Below are positions 56,085 to 64,000 of a stretch of DNA of 64,000 nucleotides, piece by piece. Numbering within the stretch: position 1 is the first letter of the stretch; each line of letters begins with the position of its first letter. Both the position numbers and the translations under genes were made by a program. The notes beneath the pieces are model-generated. The model was not told where the DNA came from, searched no databases, and was given only the letters and a program-made list of their open reading frames with translations. Source of the DNA: Treponemataceae bacterium (GTDB lineage Bacteria; Spirochaetota; Spirochaetia; Treponematales; Rectinemataceae); contig CAXXVZ010000005.1 of NCBI GenBank assembly GCA_963678065.2, positions 96,001-160,000 on the forward strand, given 5' to 3'.

Positions 56085-57605
56085 TTAAGATTTTCGGCCT
56101 TTTTTTCTTAAAAAGACAGTGAAAAGATCGTGTTCCGAGGGATCGAGCGAGAAAAACCAGAAGGCGACGATGTAGCAAACTGCCCCCGCGAGGCCTGCGA
56201 GGAAAACGGAACCGAGGGTTTCCGGCCTGAATCGCTGTGCGATGAAGAAAATAACCGCGCCTTCGACCGCGGCAGGGATAAGGATGGGTATCCAGACATG
56301 GGTTATCAGGTTGCCCTTCCTGATGTTGTAACGCCTGTAGGATCGCAGGGGAATGGCGAAGCCGTCCACAGAAGTGGCGGCGATGAGAGTGCCGAGGGCC
56401 ACACCGAGGGGACCGAGCACGGTCACGAGGGCGACGCTCGCCAGGATGTTGAGTACGGTGGAGGCGACCATGGCCCGCGCCGCGTAGACATGGTCACCCT
56501 TGAGACTCAGGACAGCCGCGCAGGGCATCTGGACGGCTATCACGACGAAGGATGCCATGAGGATGCCCAGGATGGAGGCGGCGTCGCCGTACTCCGGGCC
56601 GGCCCAGGCAGAAAGCGCAGGGACACCGAGGATCGTCATCGCGACGGCAAAAATTGCGGCGAATCCTCCCGCATATTTGGGCGCATTGATGAGAAAAAAG
56701 CGAGCCTTTTCCGGTTCCGCCGCCATGTCCAGGCGGGCGATAGGCGGAGTGAGGGCATTGACGACCTGCTTCACGAGCATGAACGCGTATTCGGCCGCCC
56801 TCTGCGCCACGCCGTACTTGGCTACCGCGGCGAGAGGCGCGAAAAGCTTGAGAAGAACGACGTCGGACTGCATGAGAATGACACCGGCGATCTGCACGGC
56901 GAAACTGGCTCCGGAAAATGAGAAGGCTTCGCGGAACCTGGATTTGGAAGCCTTGCGGAGGGAAATCCGGATATCGGGGGCCGTTATGCGGGCCGCCACG
57001 ACGTAGGCGAGGTTTTCGGCCAGGGAGGTCGCGAGCCCGATCACCGCCAGTCCGGAGAGTGAGATCCCCGAATCCAGAAAGCGGAAACACAGGAATCCAT
57101 AGACGAGGGATGATGCGATCTGGATCATGTTGACATAGAATAGCCGTCCCACGCCGAAGACGAGTCCCCGGAAAAAGCCTCCGGGGATACCCACGACGAC
57201 TGCCCTGAAACCGAGGAGGAGAAACACGATGCGCCCTTGGGAGACCATGTCGCTGGGGAGGCTGAACAGTCTGCCGTACACCGCGGCGAGTCCGAAGAGG
57301 AGAGCGCAGCCCACGCCGGCTGCCACATAGTGTACCAGGAGAGCGGTCGACAGAAGTTCGTCGCGCCTCTGCATGTCTTCGGGTTTTCTCGCCTCCGCCG
57401 TCCACTTGACTACTCCCGTCCCGAACCCGCCATCCAGGATAAGGAGAAAGCCGAGGAGGGATGACGCGAGGGTCCACAGCCCATAGCGGTCGACTCCATA
57501 GGCGGCGGACATGCGGGGAACCAGCATGAACGAAACGACGGCCGCGACGAGGTAGCGGAGCCAGTTGGTCAGGACATCACCCAGTATTCGCTTTGAATTC
57601 TTCAA
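56085..57605 (-). CDS. Wzx-type oligosaccharide flippase
   Basis: About 14 TM helices; YGLW, LDGGFG, SDVVLL, VAKYGVA, LNILASVALV..LGPLGVALGT; TTG start at 57605 after AAAGAGG. Confidence 0.85.
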   Translation of the reverse strand: MKNSKRILGDVLTNWLRYLVAAVVSFMLVPRMSAAYGVDRYGLWTLASSLLGFLLILDGGFGTGVVKWTAEARKPEDMQRRDELLSTALLVHYVAAGVGCALLFGLAAVYGRLFSLPSDMVSQGRIVFLLLGFRAVVVGIPGGFFRGLVFGVGRLFYVNMIQIASSLVYGFLCFRFLDSGISLSGLAVIGLATSLAENLAYVVAARITAPDIRISLRKASKSRFREAFSFSGASFAVQIAGVILMQSDVVLLKLFAPLAAVAKYGVAQRAAEYAFMLVKQVVNALTPPIARLDMAAEPEKARFFLINAPKYAGGFAAIFAVAMTILGVPALSAWAGPEYGDAASILGILMASFVVIAVQMPCAAVLSLKGDHVYAARAMVASTVLNILASVALVTVLGPLGVALGTLIAATSVDGFAIPLRSYRRYNIRKGNLITHVWIPILIPAAVEGAVIFFIAQRFRPETLGSVFLAGLAGAVCYIVAFWFFSLDPSEHDLFTVFLRKKGRKS

Positions 57606-57616
57606 CTGATACCTCT

Positions 57617-58974
57617 TTACTTCTCGTCTCCGAGGGGGTTTATTCCCATCTCTTCGAGCCTGCCGATGGCTGCCATGCAGGCCGCTATGTACAGGTATTG
57701 ACACAGAACCGGAGTGATCCGGAAGGCCCATTCGAAGAGGCCGGATATGTGGAGAGCGATCTCTCCCACCCCCGCAGCGAGAGCAATCGCCTCAGGCAGA
57801 TTCCGTTTTCTGCCCCGCTTGAGCAGAAGTCCGGGTTTGGAAACCGCCCACCACAGCGTCAGGTACAATAGAATGATGACGATCATGCCGCCGTAACCTG
57901 TCTCGGCCGCGGAGAGCCAGTAGATGTTGTGGACGACTCCTGCGGATTCCTCGTTGGCCATGACCTCGACATGGGCATTGTACTTGTCGACGAGGGTCAT
58001 AGTCTCGGAAAAATTGTTGAGGCCGACGCCGAGCGGTCTGTCCTGGCCATCATCTTCGCGGCTATCTTGAACTCTTCGCGCGCTTGTTCACTCGATTCGG
58101 GCGCGTTCAGGAAGCGGTCGATGATGGTCTTCGCGACCATGACTCCGCCGATCGCGGCGAGAACCGCGAACACAAGGATAGTCGCCTTCGCCCGCGTCGA
58201 CAACTTGAGTCTCGTCGCGAGGAAAAAAGCCACGGCGCAAGCCATGACCGCGAGCATCATCCCGAGCCGCGACTGGGTGGCCACGACGGAGATAAGTCCC
58301 GCCCCGACAGCGCCCATCATGAGCAGGAACTCCACATTGCCGATCCTCTTGTCCCCCAGCGCCCAGACGAGGATGGTCGGGGCGGCGGGATTGACGAAGA
58401 GGGGAATGGTGTTGGAATGGTCGAACGGGCCTTTCACCCGATAATAGCCTTCGAGGAATTTTTGCTTGAGCGAAAAGAAGCCCACGAAGAGCAGCCCCGC
58501 CGTCAGGCCGCGGCGCACCCCGGTGTAGAAGACGGAAGGATCCTTCTCCCCTGTGGCGGAAGCCCAGATGATGGCATAGACCATCGTGATGCGCAGAAAT
58601 TTGATGACAGTGAACATACCGAAAAAGGGTTGCAGGGCCCCCGAAAGTCCGGCGGCCCCGATCGCGACATAGACGAGGAGGATGGCGAGCCCTGGCGCCG
58701 CCTTCTTGGGGCGCCTGCGGTCAATATAGGTTCCGAGCTGCCGGGACAATAACAGTCCCAGCGCGACCATCTCGGCGAAGGTGAGTTCGAGCCCTCGGTC
58801 GGGCCCGCGGTATGTCTCTACAGAGAAGAAATTGATGCCTGACATGTCCCCCATCGCGGGTATGAACATGAGCAGTGCGTAACAGGCCGAACGGAGTTTC
58901 GCGCTCTGCGAGGCGGCAAAGGCGATCGCCGGAATGCCGCCGGCGAAGACTAGCACGAAAATGAAATACTTCAT
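57617..58974 (-). pseudogene. Wzy/O-antigen-ligase-family polymerase, split by a 1-bp frameshift near 58044 (or sequencing error)
   Basis: ORF 57997-58974 (GPFDHSN, TQSR) continues in another frame as DRPLGVGLNNF...VHNIYWLSAAETGYGG (ORF 57617-58000). Confidence 0.75.
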
Positions 58975-58981
58975 GCGCCTG

Positions 58982-60175
58982 TCAGTTGAACCGTTTCCAT
59001 GTTCCGAGGAAAGGTTCGAGGAGGTTTTCCGGCACGGGTTCTCCCCGCGCGATCATGGAAAGAAGAACAGGGAGCGTCCGATAGAGTTTTTCGCGCGGGT
59101 AGCGCGACGAGAATTCGCGACTCCGGAGATTGTGCGCGAGGTTTCTCGCGAGCTTGCGGACACCTGCGTGCTCTGCGGGCTCGCGGAGGCCCGCCCACGA
59201 GGAATAGTCGGCAGCATCCTTCCATGAAAGTCCCGTGCGGGCGGATTCCGTGGCGATGAATACCTTCAGCCAGAGCGAGGCCTCGCCTTCGAGGTCCTCA
59301 GAAGAAGGCTGCGCAGGAAACGTGTCCGGGGAGAGCTTGAAGCCGACGCCTTCGCGGTAGTCGGTCTCGGCCGCAGCGAGGACCGCGTCAATCTTTCCGC
59401 TCGCGGCTTTGCCCTTCGCCACGTCGGGGAAGGCCCGGGCAAGGATCTCGCGTATCCGCTTCCGGCCCGAGGCGAAACTTTCCAGCTTGCCGGAAACCGG
59501 CGTGACATGGCAGCCCGCAGCGATGGAGAGTGCGTCTCCGATCGCGAGCCTGGACTTCATCCAGTTGCGTCTGACGAAATCGGGATCGGATGTATCGTAG
59601 GAAGCCGGCGGCTTGCCGATGGCTTTCATGGCGGCCATGAGGAGGCCGGTGCCCCGGTTCAGGAGGAGCCTGGCGGCCTCGGCAGGAGCTATGGCTGTTC
59701 CCGGGTCGAAGGAGATCGCCTTCAGGAAGAGATCCTGCGGCCCTTCGAGCACGCGGTGGCCGCGGGCGACCTCGGTCCACATGAGACTCGGAGAAAAACG
59801 GGCAAGCGCCTGGAGCTCGAGAGGCCTGCCGATGTCCAGGTCGGCGTGCCATCGCGACTCGAAGTCCGCCCGCATCGCCTCGCAGCCCGCGAGGGCCTCG
59901 GCCAGCGCGGGAACTCCGCCCCGCGCGGCCACCGGCAGGATGTCGACATCGTTGTAGGCTGCCTCGAGGTATCCGCCCGGCGCGCCTGAGTCGGGATGGC
60001 GGGAGACAGCGCCCTCCCCCCGCCCGTAGCCGCCGCAGAGCACGAGTCCGGCGAGCGCGTCTCCTGCTCCTCGCCTCGCGGCTTTCCGCACAGCGGCGGC
60101 GTAGGCCTCGAGGTCCTGGCCAAAGGCTCTGTTGAACTCCGCGCTCCCTTCGGGCGCGTAGACGAATCCGCTCAT
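58982..60175 (-). CDS. Pol-beta-superfamily nucleotidyltransferase-like protein
   Basis: LVLCGGYGRGEG...YNDVDIL (G[GS]..RG plus DxD); start ATG 60175, 4-bp overlap with the upstream gene. Confidence 0.65.
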   Translation of the reverse strand: MSGFVYAPEGSAEFNRAFGQDLEAYAAAVRKAARRGAGDALAGLVLCGGYGRGEGAVSRHPDSGAPGGYLEAAYNDVDILPVAARGGVPALAEALAGCEAMRADFESRWHADLDIGRPLELQALARFSPSLMWTEVARGHRVLEGPQDLFLKAISFDPGTAIAPAEAARLLLNRGTGLLMAAMKAIGKPPASYDTSDPDFVRRNWMKSRLAIGDALSIAAGCHVTPVSGKLESFASGRKRIREILARAFPDVAKGKAASGKIDAVLAAAETDYREGVGFKLSPDTFPAQPSSEDLEGEASLWLKVFIATESARTGLSWKDAADYSSWAGLREPAEHAGVRKLARNLAHNLRSREFSSRYPREKLYRTLPVLLSMIARGEPVPENLLEPFLGTWKRFN

Positions 60176-61077
60176 GTTCCTTCCTTGCCGTCGGGGCCGG
60201 CGCCGCTGTTTCCGGCTCCGCGACGGGCTGCCATCGCGGCAAGAGCGTCCCTGAAGCCCTTCCGCCTGCCCGCCGCCATCACGGCCCTCGTGAGCGGCGA
60301 GGCGAAGGCCCCCCCGACCGCGCCGTGCGCGAGGCACCAGCCCAGGTCGGAGAGGACGAGGCGCCCCCACGGCAGGACCGTATACCTCAGAAACCCCCTC
60401 CGTCCCGAGGGCAGGTCGAAGATTTCGGCTTCCGCGTAGCCTTCTCCGTACTGCCGCCTGTGCAGCTGGCGCAGCGTGTAGTTGTGCGAGTGGAATACCG
60501 CCGAATCCGGCCTGTAGACTATCCTGTATCCGGCGGCGCGCGCCCTCCATGTCCAGTCGATATCCTCGGAATACTTCAGAATCTCTGAAAACCTCATGGT
60601 TTCCCAGACTCCTCGCCGGATGCAGCAGGAAGCCATCGAAAAGCAGTGCAGCCACCGGGCCTGGCGGGCACCGTCGCCAAAGGTGAACAGCGTGTCCTTC
60701 GCCATGAGCGGGCTGGCGTCCGGACGGGGGTCCTGTCTGCTGAAGCAGGCAGCGACCGTTTCGTCCGCCATGCCCGCGACGAGCGATGAGAGCCATCTCT
60801 CGTCCCTGGGCTCGCAGTCACAGTTGAGGAAGACGACGATTTCGCCTTCGGTCTCCTCCATGGCCCTGTTGAGGACAGCGCCGGGAATGTAGGCGCCTTC
60901 GGGGATATCGACGATGCGGTCGGCATATTTCGCCGCCAACTCCCTCGTGCCGTCGGTGGAGGCGTTGTCGAGCACGAGGAGGCGACAGGGCATCGACTGC
61001 TTCCGGATACCCTCCAGAGTCTTTCCGACGAGGGCGATGTCGTTGCGGGAGCGCATGACCACCCAGACGGGGTTCAC
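60172..61077 (-). CDS. Glycosyltransferase family 2 (rhamnosyltransferase-like)
   Basis: VLDNASTDGT, FLNCDC, SRQDPR, SEDIDW, VFHSHNY. Confidence 0.88.
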   Translation of the reverse strand: MNPVWVVMRSRNDIALVGKTLEGIRKQSMPCRLLVLDNASTDGTRELAAKYADRIVDIPEGAYIPGAVLNRAMEETEGEIVVFLNCDCEPRDERWLSSLVAGMADETVAACFSRQDPRPDASPLMAKDTLFTFGDGARQARWLHCFSMASCCIRRGVWETMRFSEILKYSEDIDWTWRARAAGYRIVYRPDSAVFHSHNYTLRQLHRRQYGEGYAEAEIFDLPSGRRGFLRYTVLPWGRLVLSDLGWCLAHGAVGGAFASPLTRAVMAAGRRKGFRDALAAMAARRGAGNSGAGPDGKEGT

Positions 61078-62216
61078 AGGCCGACCTCCGACTTCATGAG
61101 AGTGAAGAGGTCGGCGAGTCCCCTGGGCTCGGTCCCGAGGGGCACGTTCGAGATGAAGGAAGCCATCGACCCCGGCTCAGCGGGCTCGTAGCCGTGCATG
61201 CCGGCGAGGGGCTTGACCCCCATGAAGCTCGGGCAGAGGAGGACGCCGGGGTTCATGAGGAAGAAGAGATCGCCGTAGCGCCTGTCCGGGAAGTCGACGC
61301 CCCAGTCATGCAGGGTTGTCTCGTCGAGAATGCGCCCGTCGGGAACACCCGAGAGCAGCTTTCTCACCTTCGCTTCGGCGCCAGGTTTCAGGAACCAGAA
61401 TCGCGCCATCGTCGAGTCGAAGACCGCGGCGTAGTCCTCGCCGAATTCGAGGCCGCTCCCCTCCAGTGTCGCCATGAGGGGGCAGGTTTTTCTGATATCC
61501 GTCATGCCGTGGTCGGAAAACACGAAGAGCCTCACCTCGTCGTAGACTTCGCGGGAACCGCGGATAAGGTCGCGCAGGGTACTCTCGTAGCCGTCGATCT
61601 TGGCTTTCACCTTCTCGGAGGCAGTGCCGACGGCGTGCAGGAGGGCGTCCATCTGCGCGAGGTAGAGATAGACCATGCGGGGTTTTCCCGTCGCGATGGC
61701 AGCCGCCGCGTCGGCGACAGCCTCCGTCTCCCCTTTGTGCCAGTCGGAGCGGAAGTAGGGGATGCCGGCTTTGTCCATGAGGACGAATACGCTCGGCTGC
61801 CCGCCGTTGATGCCGCCCTCGAGGTAGATGTCTTTCTTCTCGGTGTAGTCGAAGAGATGGATCAGGTCGAAGGGGACGGCGTAGAGCTGGAAATACCCTG
61901 TGTAGCCGTAGGCCTTTTTAACAAACCGACTGACCACATTGCGCACGCGGCCCCGGTCGGCCAGGCTCCGGGGAAGGAAGCGGAGGACCCGCAGCGGCCT
62001 GAAGGGGGATTTCGCCGGATCATACACGAAAAACGAAAAGTGGCCGTGGTCCCGCGGGGCCGCGCCCGTGATGATAGTCGGGTCGCAGGTCGAACTGTAG
62101 CCGAACACGGTCTCGAGCGGCTTCTTGATGCGGGCCTCAGGCTCGAGGAAGTCGCGGTTCCGCACGAGTTCCCAGCCGAGTGCGTCGATGAAAACGAACA
62201 GGGACAGTGTCTTCAT
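61074..62216 (-). CDS. Alkaline-phosphatase-superfamily (phosphodiesterase-like) protein
   Basis: FIDALG, GYSSTCDPTIITG, DALLH, FSDHGM, GMHGY metal-ligand motifs; start ATG 62216. Confidence 0.85.
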   Translation of the reverse strand: MKTLSLFVFIDALGWELVRNRDFLEPEARIKKPLETVFGYSSTCDPTIITGAAPRDHGHFSFFVYDPAKSPFRPLRVLRFLPRSLADRGRVRNVVSRFVKKAYGYTGYFQLYAVPFDLIHLFDYTEKKDIYLEGGINGGQPSVFVLMDKAGIPYFRSDWHKGETEAVADAAAAIATGKPRMVYLYLAQMDALLHAVGTASEKVKAKIDGYESTLRDLIRGSREVYDEVRLFVFSDHGMTDIRKTCPLMATLEGSGLEFGEDYAAVFDSTMARFWFLKPGAEAKVRKLLSGVPDGRILDETTLHDWGVDFPDRRYGDLFFLMNPGVLLCPSFMGVKPLAGMHGYEPAEPGSMASFISNVPLGTEPRGLADLFTLMKSEVGL

Positions 62217-62230
62217 GATTTCTCCTCGTT

Positions 62231-62707
62231 TCAGCCCGGATGCCGGAAGAGTGTTCCGGCGAAGGCGGCGAGTTTCGGTCCGAAAACCAGAACCCCCGTG
62301 CACACTGAAGAGAGGGCCGCGAGAAGCACCGCCCCGCTGGCCGCGTCCTTGGAACCCTTGGCATTGTAGTGGTAATCGCTCGTCACGAGGTCCACCGTCA
62401 GCTCGAGGGAGGTATTCTTGACCTCGAGGGCGAGCACGAAGAACACATTTGTGAGAATGAGTGCCCACTCCACGGCCCCGATGCCGAAGACGAATCCTGC
62501 GGCGATCACCGCGGCGGTCATGGCGAGCTCGAACCGGAAATTGCGCTCCGAGAGGGAGGTCAGGACTATCCCCTTGATGGCGTTGCGCAGACTCCGCCGG
62601 AAACTTTTATTCTTGCCGACGACCGATCCCTGATTCTCCTCTTCGGCGATAAACAGCAGCAGCCTTTCGGCTATTCTCCCCCGGATGACTTCGCGGCCTG
62701 TTTTCAT
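62231..62707 (-). CDS. dgkA: Diacylglycerol/undecaprenol kinase family protein
   Basis: SERNFRFEL, LEVKNTSLELTVD, KGSKDAASGAVL; start uncertain. Confidence 0.8.
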   Translation of the reverse strand: MKTGREVIRGRIAERLLLFIAEEENQGSVVGKNKSFRRSLRNAIKGIVLTSLSERNFRFELAMTAAVIAAGFVFGIGAVEWALILTNVFFVLALEVKNTSLELTVDLVTSDYHYNAKGSKDAASGAVLLAALSSVCTGVLVFGPKLAAFAGTLFRHPG

Positions 62708-64000
62708 GGCGTCTTTCCTTCGCTCTGTGAGATGATTTCCACGAATTTGCCAATGGGAATCTTGAGGTTGACGATGGCGGTCACCGTGTCGAGAAAATAC
62801 CCGGCGCGCGCCCGGTCGAGGGCCGACTCCACCTCCACCATGGTACTCACGGCGGAAAGCCTGTCGATCTCTGTCACGACACTCTGATCCTGCAGTTTTT
62901 TGTAGACATCGGCGAGGCGAAGCTTTTCCTTGTATTGGGCTGAGAGGGATTCTATCCTGTCCCTGCGGTTCTGGAGGAGAATCCGGTACTCGGCGAGAAG
63001 TCGGTTGGCCGAGTCTCCTGCGTCCATGGCGACATTGGTCCGTAATTCTTTCAATTGGGCGATGTTTTTCGCCCGCTCGGCCTTCTCGTTGCCGAGGGGC
63101 AGCGTGAAGCCGAGAGTTCCGGAAACGACCGGGGCTATCTGCTTGTCGTTGTCGTTCCAACCCAATTTTGCGTCCACCGAGGCCGTGAATGTGGCAGCCT
63201 TCGCAACCACTTCAGCAGAGAGTTCGGCCAGCCTCAAGTCCCATCCCGCCGTGGCCGTCTCGGCAGCGACGGGAGCCGGATCGGCCGTTTCGAGGAGGGG
63301 TTCGAGTATCCGGGCGAGAGCTTCCAGATCGGAGCCCTGGAAAAAGTCAGGCTCTTCGCGCGACGCGACAGAGTCCCCGCCTCCATCGGAGGCGCCGCCA
63401 AAGGAGGCGGGTCTGGCGCGGGCGCGGGCCTCCCGCCCCAGGCGGCCGGACTCGTAGAAGGCATCAGATGCGGCGGCCTGCGACCTTTCGAGGGCGTCTT
63501 TCTCCTCGAGATAGTCGGCCCTGGAGATTTTCCCTCCCTGCATGAGAACTTCCATGCGCCGGAGGTTCTTTTCCAGATAGTCGTTCCTGGCCTTCGCTTT
63601 CAGCGCGTCGGAACGCGAACTCGCGGAGAGAGCGGCGAGGGAACAGACTTCGAGAAAGCTCGACAGGGCCTTGTCCTCGAGTCCGCGGACCCGGCCGGCC
63701 AGCTCTATGTTCCGCAGCACTTCGCTCGGCGGAAGGCTACCGCGCGCTGAGGGAGCGAGCCGTATGGTCGTCTGCGCCGCAACATAGGGTCCGAGGAAAA
63801 CAGCGAGCGGATCGTAGAGGGAATCCTTGTGGACATTGACCTCCCCTCCTGCAGAGAACTCCCAGGAAAAGCGCTCGGAGGAGGCCGGACCGGGAGAAGT
63901 CACGGAGAGGCCCGCGCGGGGGACAACGGACCATGTGCTTTGGGAGCCGTCCACGGCTCCCGAACCCTGAGCCTTGAGAGCGAGGGCAGGGGCGCGTGAT
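62704..64000 (-). CDS. TolC-like/coiled-coil outer-membrane export protein (5' end outside the window)
   Basis: Frame open to the window edge; helical repeats GKISRADYLE, GTLGFTLPL, VTEIDRLSA resemble outer-membrane efflux proteins. Confidence 0.5.
   Translation of the reverse strand, partial: SRAPALALKAQGSGAVDGSQSTWSVVPRAGLSVTSPGPASSERFSWEFSAGGEVNVHKDSLYDPLAVFLGPYVAAQTTIRLAPSARGSLPPSEVLRNIELAGRVRGLEDKALSSFLEVCSLAALSASSRSDALKAKARNDYLEKNLRRMEVLMQGGKISRADYLEEKDALERSQAAASDAFYESGRLGREARARARPASFGGASDGGGDSVASREEPDFFQGSDLEALARILEPLLETADPAPVAAETATAGWDLRLAELSAEVVAKAATFTASVDAKLGWNDNDKQIAPVVSGTLGFTLPLGNEKAERAKNIAQLKELRTNVAMDAGDSANRLLAEYRILLQNRRDRIESLSAQYKEKLRLADVYKKLQDQSVVTEIDRLSAVSTMVEVESALDRARAGYFLDTVTAIVNLKIPIGKFVEIISQSEGKTP

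Noticed and set aside
1..64000. Many long overlapping or antisense ORFs in the track (e.g. 1-885, 4079-4969, 38672-40243, 44742-46547)
   Set aside because: Arg/Pro/Gly-rich shadow frames expected in high-GC DNA, overlapping well-supported genes and lacking motifs.

Overview
GC-rich bacterial chromosome segment. It is probably from an anaerobic spirochaete, inferred from the FlgD-repeat/OmpA protein, SUMF1/Fn3 lipoprotein and FMN-binding lipoprotein. Four blocks: (1) 1.8-9.8 kb is a selenium/heme island. System II cytochrome c maturation genes (ccsA, resB) lie divergent from a secreted 11-heme cytochrome c whose true frame (3729-4946) reads through an in-frame UGA at 3879 with a SECIS-like hairpin, so the ORF track shows it truncated. 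It is followed by a secreted rhodanese whose UGA is followed in frame by two more CxxCH motifs, then tRNA-Sec, selA, a compact selB and an FMN-binding protein. This is the best candidate for an undescribed system: a periplasmic selenoprotein multiheme cytochrome plus sulfurtransferase, carried with its own Sec-insertion and heme-attachment machinery. (2) 10-17.7 kb holds surface proteins and argF. (3) 17.8-37.5 kb holds two paralogous LacI-controlled rare-sugar modules with two ABC importers, three ManA-like cupin paralogs, an FGGY kinase, FucU and oxidoreductases, with visible operators. They are followed by a liv ABC transporter, TetR and a GGDEF gene. (4) 44.7-64 kb is a Wzx/Wzy exopolysaccharide cluster with unusual fusions (uridine-kinase-like + priming transferase; STAS + Wzc-like), a frameshifted Wzy-like gene and an NTase/alkaline-phosphatase/DgkA module. 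All calls come from reading motifs by eye; no database searches were run.
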